This document shows, one piece after another, positions 1 through 13,689 of a DNA stretch of 64,000 bases. The notes beneath the pieces are model-generated. The model saw only the letters and a program-made list of their open reading frames with translations. It did no database searches and had not been told where the DNA came from. The stretch covers positions 46,035-110,034 of the forward strand of contig JAAOMT010000007.1 of the NCBI GenBank assembly GCA_016748015.1, given 5' to 3'. Made by a program: the position numbers and the translations under genes. Within the stretch, counting starts at the first letter, position 1, and every line of letters starts with the position of its first letter. Source of the stretch: Geosiphon pyriformis uo1 (lineage: Eukaryota > Fungi > Glomeromycota).

Positions 1-2320
1 TATTCGATGCTTTTGGAGGAAATAAATGGTTCTTAACACTAGATTTAGATAGTAGTTACTGGCAAATAGCCATAGATCCAGCCAACAAAGAGAAAACAGC
101 ATTTACCACAAGAGAAAAAACTTTTGAGTTTGAAGTCATGCCATTTGGCTTGATAAATGCTCCAGCAACATTTTAATGGCTTATGGAAATTGTCTATACT
201 GGATTACTGTGGAAATCAGTAGTTGTTTACTTAGATGACACAAATATGTTTTTAAAAACATTCAATGATCATCTTCACTATCTCCAACAAGTATTTGAAA
301 AACTCAGACAAGCAAGATTGAAACTAAATGCCAACAAATGCTTCTTTGGGAAAACAGAACTAAAGTTTTTAGGACATGTAATGAGCAAAGACAGCATCAA
401 AACAGATCCAAACAAGATTGAAGTTGTCAAGAATTTTCTAGTACCAAACAATCTCACTGAATTAAGAGCATTCTTGGAATTCACAGAGTACTATTACTGT
501 TTTATCAAAGACTTTTTTAAACTGGCCCAGCCATTCCATCATTTACAAACTAAAAATGGAAAGTATGAATGGACAGGAGTTCAACAAAAAGCATTCAACA
601 CACTGAAAAAAAAGCTTATTCAAGCTTCAGTATTGATGTATTCAGATCACAGCAAACTATTCATCATTACTACTAATGCATCAGGCCAAGTATTGGAAGC
701 AGTACTATCACAAAAAAGACCAGATAGAAGAGAAAATCCAGTAGCATATATTAGCCGAAGCTTGAGCCCAGCTGAAAAAAACTATGGAACACCAGCATTA
801 GAACACTTAACAATCTATTGAGCAGTCATAAAATGGAAAAAATACTTGAGCCAAAGGTTTGAAATATATATAGATCACAAAAGATTGACTTCAATTCAGA
901 AGCAAAAATTTGGAGACAATTATTATACCAGATAGAAAATAAAACTTTCACCATTTAATTATACAGTACATTATAAAAAAGGAAAAGACAATGAAAATGC
1001 CAACGGATTGTTGTGAATAAAACAAATCTAAAAACATTTCAACCCAAAAATATAACAAAAAATAAATATACAAAAATACCAACAACTCCAATATTATATA
1101 AATACTTAATTGTCAAGAAAAAATTAGCTCAACAGGAACAAAGAAGCATAAAACAACAATCAAAATATTTTATCAACCATCAAAATATACTTTACTAGAA
1201 GAACAGAAGAAATTCAGATCAACCAACCAGAATAATTACTGAACCAGAGAAAGAAACAATACTATTTAACATGCATTCAAATCCAACAGCAGGATATTTT
1301 CATAAAAAAACAACCATAGAAAGAACCAGAAAAAGATACTATTGGCCATTAATATATTTGGATATTATTTAATACGTTCAAAGTTGTAATGCTTGTCAAA
1401 GAAGAGGTGGAACAAAACCCAGTAAACCATTAAAACCAATCAAAGTAAAACAACCATTTGACTATATCGGAATTGACTTAATCAGACCATTAACAATTAC
1501 CAGCAGAGGCAACAGATATATTGCAGTAGCCATAGATTATCTCACAAAATAGCCAGAAGTAAAAGCCATTCAAAGAGCAGATGCAAAATCTGTTGCCAAA
1601 TTCATTCATCAAGATTTGATCTGTTAACACGGATGTCCAAAAAAACTACTATCAGATCAAGGAACCCACTTTGTGAACAGAATATTGACAGAATTAAGTC
1701 AAAGATTTGGAATTAAAAGACTATCATTATTACTATATCATTCACAAACCAATAGATTAGTTAAAAAATTCAATAGAACACTGTGTAAAGCAATTGTCAA
1801 GATTAGTCAAGAAAACCAGAACAAATAGGACTTGTTTATACCATCAGCATTATTGGCTTATTGGACAATGAAGCAAGACACTACATAAGCAACACCATTT
1901 GAATTAGTATATGGTAGAACAGCAATATTACCAGTTGAAATAGAAGTCAATACTTATCCAACAGAACCAATAACTGAAGACAATTTTTAGAAAATGTTAC
2001 TAAGAAGAACATATGACTTAATGGAAACACTAGAAAACAAACAGCAAAGAGCAGCTAATAACATTCAAAAGTTACAAAAAAAACAAAAAGAAAGACATGA
2101 TAACCAACTACCAGAGAAACCAGTTGAATTTAAGATTGAAGACAAAGTACTTCTACATTATACCAAAGTAGAAAAACAATAGAGTGGAAAATTTGATCCC
2201 AAATGGAATAGACCATTTTACATTAAAGAAATTCTTAGAAATAGAGCTTATAAATTAAGATAAGACAACAAAATCTTAACCAAAGCAGTACATGGTGATC
2301 AACTGAAATCATATTACCAT
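1..2320 (+). pseudogene. Gypsy pol pseudogene: reverse transcriptase, RNase H, integrase
   Basis: LDLDSSYWQI, MPFGLINAPATF, VVVYLDD, KC.FGKTELKFLGH, PVAYISRSL..AEKNY; integrase H..H/C..C region, IGIDL, LLSDQGTHF, ATPFELVYGR and W.RPFY (GPF/Y) motifs; many in-frame stops from TGG/CAA/CGA transitions. Confidence 0.93.
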
Positions 2321-3135
2321 ATAGTGTTACCATCCACCAATAACATTCTACAATTGAGAGTACAAAGAATACTAGTCCAACCAGATGAGATTCTACAAGA
2401 TCTGGAACCAATCATAATAATTAGACCAAATACATAAAATTGAACAATAAAGAGAATATATAAAGACATGACAGACACAACAAAAGACTTCAGAAAAATA
2501 GAAATCACTAATAACATTCACTCACTAGCACAACAATTCTTCCAACTGATTCAACAACAGAATATAGAAATTACTATCAATCAACAAACTATTTGACACC
2601 AAGATACTAGAAAGAGACCCAAATGCAAAAGTCAAAAGAAAACAGAAAACACTATTAACAAAATGGTGTTGAAAATAAAATTAGCAATAAAAGAACCAAT
2701 AAGTATTAACGCATATTAAGAGTTGACTAAAGAAACTTAAAAATAATAGATACACAAATTTTCAAGAAACTTTTGTTATTTCCACTTGGGATGACACTTG
2801 AATATTCAGAACTTATACACAGATAAAACAAAACGATTATTTGACACAACTATACTGCAACAACTGGAACAATTTGTGGGAAAAAACAATCTAACAATAC
2901 AAGCAAAAGCCATCTATCAATTGCATATTAGATTTCAAGACAGACCAGAAATTTTACTTAATCTGGAAATGGACTCCATTACAGTTAATCAAATAGGAAA
3001 AATAACTAACACCCAATTTGAAGAATTACAGAACAAAATAACTCAAGCAATTCTCAAAAAAAAAGTTTAAGAAATACTCTAAGATAGAGAATTAGAGTTA
3101 GAAGATTTGGGAGATCTCGACGAAGCTCAATATTA
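2320..3135 (+). pseudogene. Additional decayed ORF of unknown function between integrase and PPT
   Basis: Coding-like sequence (ORF track 2798-3070) continues past integrase and ends ...LEDLGDLDEAQY* (TAA 3133-3135), abutting the PPT. Confidence 0.55.
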
Positions 3136-3150
3136 AAAAGAAGAGGATAA

Positions 3151-4012
3151 TGTTACTCATAAAATATAGGAGGTATATTAGCATATAAATTAGCCAATCA
3201 AAAGTAGCTGTAGTAAATGTGGAATTCCAGAATTTCTCTTAAGAGGAATTACAGGCTTCCAGAAATTTCAGGATTCCCGTACAAGAAATCCCAGGATTCC
3301 CGAATTCCAGAATTCCTCTTAAAAAAAATTGCAGGATTCCTGGAATTTCAGAATTCTTGGTGTGAAGAATTGAAGAATTGAGGAATTACAATTATGTATA
3401 TATAGCAGTAGTATTGGAAGCAGAAAAAGACAGAATTCTTTAGTTAGAGACCTCTCAGTTTAGATTTGATCTAAGCAATCTTCCACATTACTAATAAATA
3501 ATTATTCACTATTTCAATCTATTCTTTACTATCAACACTTTATGTTGATAGTAATTGATACTTAACTACACTGAAACAATAGCTTTTAATCACAGTTATT
3601 GATGAGATACAAATTTGCAATTGCTTTTACTTATTTCTTTATTTTTTTTTATTTTCTTTTATTTCTTTTGTTATTTTTTTGGTTTTATTAAATTGATTAA
3701 GAATTAAGTGCTAAGATACAGAAGTCATAAGGACTGGTAAAAAACCTGTGAAACAAGAGTAGAACACTCATAGATTTAAGGATAGCTTACCAGAAGAATT
3801 ACCGGCCACCACACTGAGAAAAAAATTTGATGAAACTGTGGTTTTGGGAAGCTACAGATAGAACCATCAATTAAATTTCTGTCTATTATACAAAGAACTC
3901 TATACCAAAATCTTCAAAAAACACACCTTCAGATATTAACACCACATATCAACCAAGCACCAAGTTATAGATTTGTTATTTGATTTGAGACCCTAAATAA
4001 TCACCTATAATA
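3151..4012 (+). repeat. 3' LTR (862 bp) of the Gypsy element
   Basis: TGTTAC start, degenerate GTAACA end; CCAAT at ~3194; GGAATTCC/GGATTCC repeats 3220-3390; TATA-like ~3397; homologous to 27283-28175, 33878-34837 and 36103-37070. Confidence 0.9.
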
Positions 4013-7000
4013 GTGCATCATGTTGTAAAAATTGAGAAAGTTCCTGGTTGTCTTATCTCTGTTTGGCTCCTATTTAAAAGCAAACTGTCAGTGACAATCT
4101 TGAGTTTGTACATTGGTGCTTCTGCTGAAACTAGGTTTGGTCAATCCTCTGTAATCAACTCTTTTATCACTAAGGCTGTTAATTCTTCTACATTTGTGGT
4201 GCTAGGTAGAGATTTCAATGAGAATAGATCTAAAAAAAGTGCAAGTTTTAAGTTCTGCTCAAAGTTGAATTTAATCAATGCTTTTAGTAGACATTCATTA
4301 ATCAATGCTTCCACTTGGAGCAACTTGAGAAGTATCATGAAAGTTATCAATTATATCTTTGTGAATAGGTGTCTGTTGTCAATAGTGGCTGGTTACAAGA
4401 TCATTTCTGTTTCGGATTTTTTTGATATTGATCATAATACTGTCATGGTATCTATTGGGTTGGGTGGACTCTTGGACATTCAGTTAAATAACTTGTGGAA
4501 ACAGGCTAACAGAGATTGTTGGAAGTTTAAAATCAAGGATACAAATAATGCCAAGTGGTTATATTATAGGGATTGTTTCTCTGCCAAACTTTTGGGAGTG
4601 AAGAATAGGTTTTCTGTTGCTGCTATAAATAATGATTTAGACTCAATGTAGTCAGTACTAGAGAGGATGATAGTAGAATCTGCAGATAAAATTTTCTTTA
4701 AACATTGGTTCAGTGAATTTCAGTATTCAAAAAATAAACAGTTCTCTAAATTTCTAGAGCTTGAGTTGCTAGTTGCAAAAATTGTCAAAAAGTTGAATTC
4801 AGCTAATGTCATTAGTTTCAATAATCTTATGAAGAAATGGTTAACATTAGATGCTGATAAGGCTCTTGTTATTATTCATATGGTTCAGGCTGGTAAAAAA
4901 CAGATGGACATTCTTAAACATTTATCTTTTGTCAAGAGTGAATATAGAAAATCCAAGATGTATGAATCGAAATTAGTTGAGAAAGTATCAATCAGGAATG
5001 CAATCAAAAAGTGCATGGAGAAGTTCTGCCTAGACAAGGGTGGCATGATTAAAAGTGTTTTGGATCATCTGTTTTACAAGGTGGTATTGGACCACTTAGT
5101 GATAGATGATGAGTTGGTTTTAAAACCAAAAAAGGTAAAGTCAGATGTGAATAAAATCATGGAGGGCTGGACAAGAAAATGTTCAGTGCTTCTGGTGCTG
5201 TCTGATCAGTGGGCTCACCAATATACACCACTAGACTATGTTAGAGATGATGCCTTCTCCAATATGATGTGTACAATTAACATAAGTGAATTGGTCCTGG
5301 TTGTTGGTAGTCTGTCTAATGACAAAGCAGCCAGTCTGTTGAGCATTCCCAATAAATTATAGAAGCATAGTGGTGAAGAGATATTAAAGTGTTTATTGGT
5401 GTTGTTGAATATATGTTTGACTGTTGATGGAGTGCTCACTCTGTGAAAGAGAGCATGAGTTTTGATGATTCCTAAGCCATTGTATTTGGTTTCAGCTGTC
5501 TTGTAGCTTATAGTTGTCTACTAAACTCAGTTTAGTTTTGTTTCATTGAATTTTTGTCACAAATGAGATGTTATGATTAGAAAGGGTCTCAAGTCTAAAG
5601 CGTGTTTGCCATGTGATTTCTCTAGTGAAGCTTTGCATTATCCATCTTTGTATGGTTTAAAGCCATTTAAACAAGTCCAGGCTAAGAGTAAATTGGCTGC
5701 TGTTATTTCATTTTCCAATATTCATAGAATTCTTGGTTGTTTGTTTTGTCACTGGTTCTTGGATTTACAAGTTTCAGATTGGGCTCTTTTGAATTCTTTA
5801 CAGTTTTCTGTGAGATTGTGTGTTAGTCCAGTGAACAATTTTTTGGCTGGTGTGGTTAGAATTTTTTTGGACAATGAGTTATTCCTGTCAAATGAGTTAT
5901 CCAGTGCCTTCCGTAATTCTGGTGTTTTTCCAATGTTCTTGGTCTTAGGAAAGTCTTTGTTCTTTAATTCTGTTTATTCTTTAAAGCATTTTGGAATTGC
6001 CTTTGGTGACTGATTGTATGATAAAAAAAGGAGAGTAATGGACTGGAAAACTTTTTGTCACTAGAAGAGATTGGATTCTAGGAGCCCTGTGTCTCATTGG
6101 TTTGTACTCACTTCTAGATTCTTGAATGATGAAAGTTCTTTCAAATCTGTCTTAGCAGATTTTTCTTTGCCTTTGCCCAGTTTGTGCATTTCGAATTCTA
6201 AGAAATTTTTGGATATTTGGGATAGTTTGCATGAAGTATGGTCTGGTAATTTTGAAATCTATACTGATAGTTCATTAAAGAATGCTGGTTCTGCTGGGGT
6301 CATGTGTAAAGCAGCTGCATATTTTCTAGCTTTGGACATAGGTGTTGACGTTGGGGTTTAGGGCCTTCTTTCTTTTACAATAGTTAAATTACAAACAGTT
6401 GCCTTGGCTTTGAAGTGTGTTCCATCTTCTTGTGATGTAGATTTGTATCTTGATAGTCAAGCTGCTATTGATACATGTGTGTCTAAAATGGTACTAGCCT
6501 TTCCCAACTTTTGTAATTGTTACTGAATAGAAAAGAGACATATTTACAATTTGATCTAAAATAAAGATCTTACTGTATATTGGATTAAGGTCAAGGATTA
6601 TTTTGGGGTGACTGGTAATATGAAGGCTAATACATTGGCTGAAAAAGCAGCAGGTTCTCTGGTTTTTTTGCCTGTAGGAGTGTAAAAACAATTTTTGATA
6701 GTTAAGGGCTTGTTTGTGTCTGGCAATACTTGTCACTTTGTTCAAGATGTGTTTAAGTCTGTTTGCAGAGCTTGTTGGAAAGCAAGTCTTGATTACAGTG
6801 TGTTTTCAAGAGTGTCAATTGGCAATGTAAATTGGGTCTCCACTTCAAAGGTGTGGCACCCTGATTCATACATGCTTGCAGGATTTACTAGTCAGAGATT
6901 AACCACTTTGCGTACATATATAATGAAAGCTGTACATCATAGATTGCCTATAGCTATTTGTAAAAGACTTTATAATAAAAAGTATTTTAGTGTGCTTTGT

Positions 7001-7679
7001 TTGTTGTATGGTGAGGTGGAATTGCCGGATCATGTCTTAACTTGTGTCCAGGATGTTGATATTTAGAAGAAAATTTTGTTTGAGGCTTCTGCTTTTTGGG
7101 CTTCCTTAGTTGATACCCATTGCTTGTTTTTGTCTGCCATTTCTCAGGTGCTTGATTTTTGTCATTTGAATATTGGCTTGTATTTGGTAATATGCAAGGG
7201 TTTTGTGTTAAAGGATTAGTGCAAGGAGGCTATTGAGGTTTTTGATTGGAAAGAAAAACTGTTAATTTTGTTGTTAATTTGGTTGGGAGGTTGGTCAAAC
7301 TGCATTGTTCTAAAGAATGGTTGTTGAGATCTGAGTTTAGAGTGCATATGGAGAAGGCTGGTTTGGTTGGTGATGGTGGTGTGTTGTTAGGTCTTTCATG
7401 TTGTGCGAATTCTGTTTTGTCAGATAGTGTAGTCAAATTTCTTGGTATGCTAGAATCTTTTGCTGTTAGCTTTGGCTATTGCAGGCTTTGTCTTTTTTTT
7501 TCTGGTTTAGATGGTAGTCGCTATGTTAATATAGGTGTGTAGTATTGTTTTGTCTGGTCCGAATGGCTAGTCATATGTAGAAAATACATGAATTGCATTT
7601 AGTTTGAACCTCTTAGTTTGGTTCTATGTACTAGATAGCAATTGGACTACATTTGTTAAATGCTTTAATAATAAAAAAA
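4013..7679 (+). mobile_element. LINE copy 1: ORF2 from mid-endonuclease to 3' end, RT core deleted; interrupted at its left end by the Gypsy element
   Basis: APE motifs (LG.DFNE, TWSN...INYIFV, DIDH); IYTDSSLKNAGS RNase H; C-terminal CLL.GEVE..DHVLTC; stop at 7542; conserved 3' UTR and A-rich tail ~7667-7679; junction MIPKP|LYLVSAV at ~5480 skips the RT. Confidence 0.9.
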
Positions 7680-8299
7680 TATTTAACAAATATATACTTT
7701 ACAAACTTTTCTAAAAAGTAAAATAGTAATTGTTTTTAATAATCTAAGAATCTGGTAAAATTATTTTGTATATTAAAAACTATATTTACTAAAACTATAA
7801 ATTGTTTAATTAATTCAAAATTTTGATTTTTTTTTCACTTTTGCCAAGTTTTTTTCAATTTTTAACTAATTACAAACCCAAAATATTAATTAAAAATAAG
7901 TAAATAGTTTAAGTAATCTTTTTAGTATGTTTAATCTTGAATAATTTTTTAGTTTTATTTTGAAATATTACTGTAATGTTTTCTGTATATTTTGTATTTA
8001 TAATTTTTTCTTTAATATTAATTTTTTTGCTTGTCAATAATAATTAAAAAACAATTTATACTATTATTTTTGATAGAATTTCAAGAGCAATTTTTAAGTT
8101 AATTTTTATAAGTGATTTTGGTTTTAAGATGAAAATATCTTTTTTTAAATACCAGAAGTTATATTTTCATGGATTTTTTTTGGCTTAATTCTTTGTTTTT
8201 TGTTGTTATAATACTTTAAAAATAAAGCAATTTGATTTTTAATAAGATAAATAAAAATTGTAAACACTTCTACTTGTTTTTTTTAGAACTTAAATTTAC

Positions 8300-10500
8300 A
8301 AAACATAATATATTTTTTGTATAATTAAATGTTTTTATTTATTTTAAATATTAAATTTAAGTTTTTTTTTGAAGGATAAACATAATTAGAAGTTAAATAA
8401 TATAGTTTAATCTTATTTTTATAGTCAAATTCTGCTAATTTTATAGTATATTTAATATATTCTGTTTTTTTTATTTGGTAAATATCTGCTTAAATTTCTC
8501 TATTAATCAAAATTATAACAAATTTATTGATTATTTTAGCATTGTGTAAATAGTAATAAAGTTTGTTAAAAGTATTGTTATAGACTGCTGTAAATAGTGT
8601 TTTTTATTTTATTTTTTCAGAAATAAAAAAATCATATTAATAAGTTTAATCACAAACTTTTTCTCTTATTATAACATTAATTCAATTATATTTTTTCTTT
8701 GGTAATATACAGGCTTTTATAGATAAAAGCTTTTTATTACAATTTTTATATTTGAATAAAATATAAGCAGATTGTTTTTTAATTATAGTTTGGAATAAAA
8801 AATATACCAATTGTTAATTTATTTTTTGTCTATATAAATTGTTAACTAATATCTTTAGCATATAATATTATTGATTATAATATAAATGTTTTAAAAAATT
8901 GGTTTGTTTTTTTAATCCAATTAAAACAAAAGTTAAGTATTATATAAGTTTTAATAATTAGTCTTTTTTTTTTAAATTTAAAGATTAAAACTTTCTTGAA
9001 TTGTTTATTAAAAGTACTATAAGTAATAGATATTCTAATATGTTGTTTTTAATAAGAGATTTTTAGTTTTTAATTTTTATAATTTAAGTTAACATTGGTT
9101 TTAAAAAGCCAATCATTTTTAATAAAAGCTTGGTATTAGAATATATTTATAACAAGAATTTTAATTAGAATAGTAATTTCATTTATTATAAAAAAAAGTT
9201 ATTGATTTTTCTTATATCTGTTTTTTTTATATTATTTACAATTATAATCACTATTTGGACCAGTTTGTTAACATTTTTTTAATTATTGTATTAATTAATA
9301 AAAAATTATGCTTTTAGTAAATTTACTATCTAAAATTAATCAAATTAATTCTTTTTCAATTTTTGGTTTAATATATATTGCTGTAATTGTTTTCTGTTTT
9401 AATATTTCTACATTGTTAAGTAAAAACAGCAATTTATTGGCTTCAAATTCAAATGATAAAATGTTTTGAAATATTGGTATTTTTAACAATTCTTATTAAT
9501 AGAATTATAGTATTATAATAAGAAGAATTTTGTTATTGTGTTATAATTTACTTTCTGAAAGTACAGTATAGTAAAAATTCTAATCTTTAAATATTATAAA
9601 ATAGCTTAATTAAAAATGAAAATATTAAGATAGCTGTTAATTATTATTATAAAATACAAATTGATTATTAAAATCAATTTATTATTGTTTAATTGAAAAC
9701 AATTTAGTTATATAAAGAGATTAAATTAAACTAATTTTTTAGTTAGTAGTTAATAATTTTGAATTGAAAATAGTTGATAATATCATTATAATTGTATAAA
9801 GTAGGCTAATAATAAATAAATTAGGTTTTTGGTAAATAATAAACAGATAGTAATAAGTAATATAATTATTATTGCTAAAAAAAATAATATTGATTATTCT
9901 GTTTTTGTTGATTTTTTTGCATTTTTCTATAATTATGTTTTTAGTATTTGAAAATTTTATAATTATATTATTTGATTATTAAGATTAATTGTTGGATAAT
10001 AAAAATTTTTTTGGATTTTATTGTTGTAGTAATTGGTATTTTTATTGTTAATTGACAAGATAGATTTTTACTTTTTTGATAAGCTAATCAATTTTTTCTT
10101 TGGCTGTTAATGTAATTTTTCTAATAATAAAATTAATAAATTTTAAATAATTTATTTTTTATATAGTTATCTTATAATTTTAACATGTTAAATAACAGTA
10201 GTTAAATTAGCTAGAACATATAAATAAACTTTTTTGATTAATTTATTCTTTAGACCAGTGATAAATTAATCCAAAACTTGAAAATTAAAATAGTAAATAT
10301 TATTTTCTATTGCCAAATTCTTCTAAAAAGTTTGTTGAACTTTTCAAGATAAGTTATAACAAATTCAGATTATTTCTGCTTAATATTTTAAAAACAGTTT
10401 CAAAAAATAATTAAAGTATTATTGTTAATAAATTGTTTGAAAAAATCAGTTTTAAAGGCTTACTAATTAGCAAAAAAATTGGCCAATTTTTTAAACTATT
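8300..10500 (-). pseudogene. Extremely decayed LTR-retrotransposon gag(-protease) relic; boundaries approximate
   Basis: Minus strand 10160-10400 reads ...VITYLEKFNKLFRRIWQ...QVLD*FITGLKNKLIKKV...ANLTTVI, resembling a retrotransposon gag capsid segment. Confidence 0.5.
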
Positions 10501-13500
10501 TGTTGATAGTTTTTTTAAAAAAATAAAAAATTATTCATAATATTTTTTCTGTAGTCTATTTATTTGTATTTTTTGTTTTAGTAATTTGATCAAATTATTC
10601 TTAAGAACTAGTTTCTATATTTTTTCTAGAAAAGTCAAAAATTTTTGTAATATAAACAATTATTTTTTTATCTTTTTTATTATTTGTAGTTTTTGTTTTA
10701 ATAAGTTCAGAAGTGTTTTTTTATAAATAGTATTTTTGAATATTTATTTTAGTTTTCTGCTAAATAATTAAGAAAATTAGTGCTAATATAAATTAGTTTT
10801 AATTATTAAATTGAATTTTTGCTAGTTTTTTGGTCTTAAAAATCAGTTAAGAGATAAATTAATTGTTTGTACTTGAATAAATAAAGTTAAAAAAGATGTA
10901 ATTGAAAATAATAGTTTAATATTGGTTTTTTATTCAAGTGTTTACAAATATTTAAAAATTGTTTTTAATGTATTAAATGTTATATAAACTGGTTAAATGT
11001 TTTTTTGTTTGTTTTTATTGCTTGTTTTAGATTCAAACTTAAGTTTAAAAACAAATTATAAGTTAATGAAATATTTTTTTTCACAAAACTTGATAATTTT
11101 ATAATTAAATTCTTCAAAATAAGTAGTGTAAACATCAATATTAATAGCTTTTAAGTCTTTATTTAAATAGTAAATTAAGTAATTAAGAAGATTTTTTTTT
11201 ATAATATTGTATTTTCAAAAAAAAATTATTAATTTAATTTTTAATGTATTGAAAAAATATTTTTTTAAAAGCTGTGATTTTGTTTCAAATTCCAAATTAT
11301 TGTTTGCAATAGATGTAAATTAATTGATAATACTTTAAAGTTATTATATTAGATATGATTACCACTTTGATTTAATGTTTGCTGTATTATTTTTAAGAGA
11401 ATACTAAATATTACCAAAAGTTTTTTTACTTTTTTTGATGTTTTTAATATTGTTTTGCTGTTGATTTTTTTATTAATAAAAGTTAATAAATCTCTAATAA
11501 GCTAATTTTTTTTTAAAATATTTTTTTATACTTTAGACTGTATATATTGTTAGATTTATAATAAAATAATTAATTTTATACCAATTACTTATATAGTTAC
11601 TTTGTTAATAAAAGTTAACTCTTTTACAAAAAAATCTTGTCTGTAAATTTTCAAAATATGTGTAGTTATTTTGCTGTAAAATTCAATTTTTTTACAAAAA
11701 TTTTTGACTATAATTATTCAATAATAAAAAATAAAAATAAAAATAAAAAAATTATAGAAAAAAAATAAAAAATGTTTTTAAAAAAGTTATTTTAAATTCA
11801 GATTTGGAAATAACTAATAGTTTACTGAAATTAGTATAATACAGTTATTTTAAACAGAAATAATTAAGAATTTTATTTTTTTTTAAAATAAGTTTTATTA
11901 ATATTATTCTATAAATTTTTTTTTTAATTTTCAGCAAACTAAAGACATATTTTGTTAAATTACAAGTTATTTTTGTAAATTATGAATTATTTTGGTAAAT
12001 TATTTAATATTTTGGTAAATTATTAAATATTTTGTTGAATTTTTAATGTTATATAGTTTAGTGTATTACATAATTTAATTATTACAATTTAGTTATATTT
12101 GTGTTTTGTATAAATTAAGCTATTAATTAAATAATAATTTGGATAATTTAATAAAATAATTAATAATAAGAATTATAAAAATAATTTTATGTTAAATAAT
12201 ATCTTAAATTTCGGTTAATAATATCAATTATAAATAAAAATTGTGTATTGGCAAGTTGTATTACATATTTTTTCTGTCTGATATGTTAATTCAATTACAT
12301 ATTTTTGGCAATAATTTTTTACAAGTAAGACATAACTTTTTATTTTATTTATTATGTTTTTTTAAGTAATCATATTTTTTTATTGTAATAATTACAATAA
12401 TAATAAGTAAATTTTTTTGAGTCTTTATTTAATATATTGTATACAATTATGGAAAAAAGTTTTTTCTTATAAATTAAATATTTTAGTTTTAGTCTGTATT
12501 ATTAATGGCTATTATATATATATATATTTGTAATTTTATAAAAAAACATATTATAATACTTTCTTTTTAATATCTCAATTTGATATTTACTGTTATTATT
12601 AATTAGTGTTTGTTATTATTACAAACTGATACTTATTACTATAAGATAGTACTTGCTACTATATTAATTATTATTTTTCTAAGATTATTATTATGCTATA
12701 TTATGATTGAATAAATTATATTATTTTATGATTTTTTTACTAAATTTTTAAATTATAATACTAACTATTCAAAATTAATGTTGTGTTTAACTAAAACTTT
12801 AGTTTAATATTGGCATTAAATTTCTGAAATTTTACTAAACATCCAAATTTTTTCAGAGTTCCAATAATTCTAGTAGAAACTCTTACTGAAACAATTATTT
12901 TACTGAAACTAATATAATGTTAACCAATTAAAATATAAGCATAGTAAATAATCTAACCAATAAAATTGTATATATTAATAGTAAAAACTTATTGTTATTA
13001 TTTATAAAATTTGATTTTTGAAACAATAAACCAAATATACTATTCAATTCCTATTTTGCTTTGTTATCTATTGCTGAGTATTTGTAATTACTTAATAAAT
13101 CACTTTTTATATTGTCATTATTATTATGTTCTGCTTTTTTATTTTTTAATTTGGCAATTTTCTCATCTATTAATATTTGTTCTTAGTTACGTAATTAATT
13201 TTCCCAATCATCAGATATTATTAAACTTGATGGTTTAATATTTTGCATCCTATATTCATTTAGTTTATTAATAAGTTCATTAGTAGACTCATGGTAATCT
13301 CATTGATAGATATATTTTAATAAAGAAAAAATTTTGCCAAGTTACTAAACATTACTAAATGTCTATTCAGTCAGATCTAGTGACATTCTAATTCTAGTAA
13401 ATTTTATTAAATATTCATTTAATTGGGTCCAGTAACATTTTAATTTATTGCTATTACTATAGTACAAACTATTTATAATTATCAAAAATGTAAATTAGTC

Positions 13501-13689
13501 TGAAATTTTAAATAATGATCTTTATATGTTTTATTTATATAATTAAATTTTATTAGTTAATATACATGTGTTTTTAATATATTATTTATAATAAAAAATA
13601 AAATTTTATTAAATTTTATATAATATAAAACCAAATACAGTATTACAAAGTTTGAATATTATTTAATTTGTCTAATTTTTTAAGAATAT

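Larger units (their letters stand above)
1..4012 (+). mobile_element. Ty3/Gypsy LTR retrotransposon, 3' part (pol, extra 3' ORF, PPT, 3' LTR), degenerate; 5' part lies outside the window
   Basis: RT-RNaseH-integrase order; polypurine tract AAAAAGAAGAGGATAA at 3135-3150; LTR starts TGTTAC at 3151 and ends ATAATA (mutated GTAACA) at 4012; LINE sequence resumes at 4013. Confidence 0.93.

Noticed and set aside
13011-13238. Short hydrophobic ORF, and the many similar 60-150 aa ORFs antisense to LINEs
   Set aside because: Composition-driven or antisense to TE frames; no recognisable motifs
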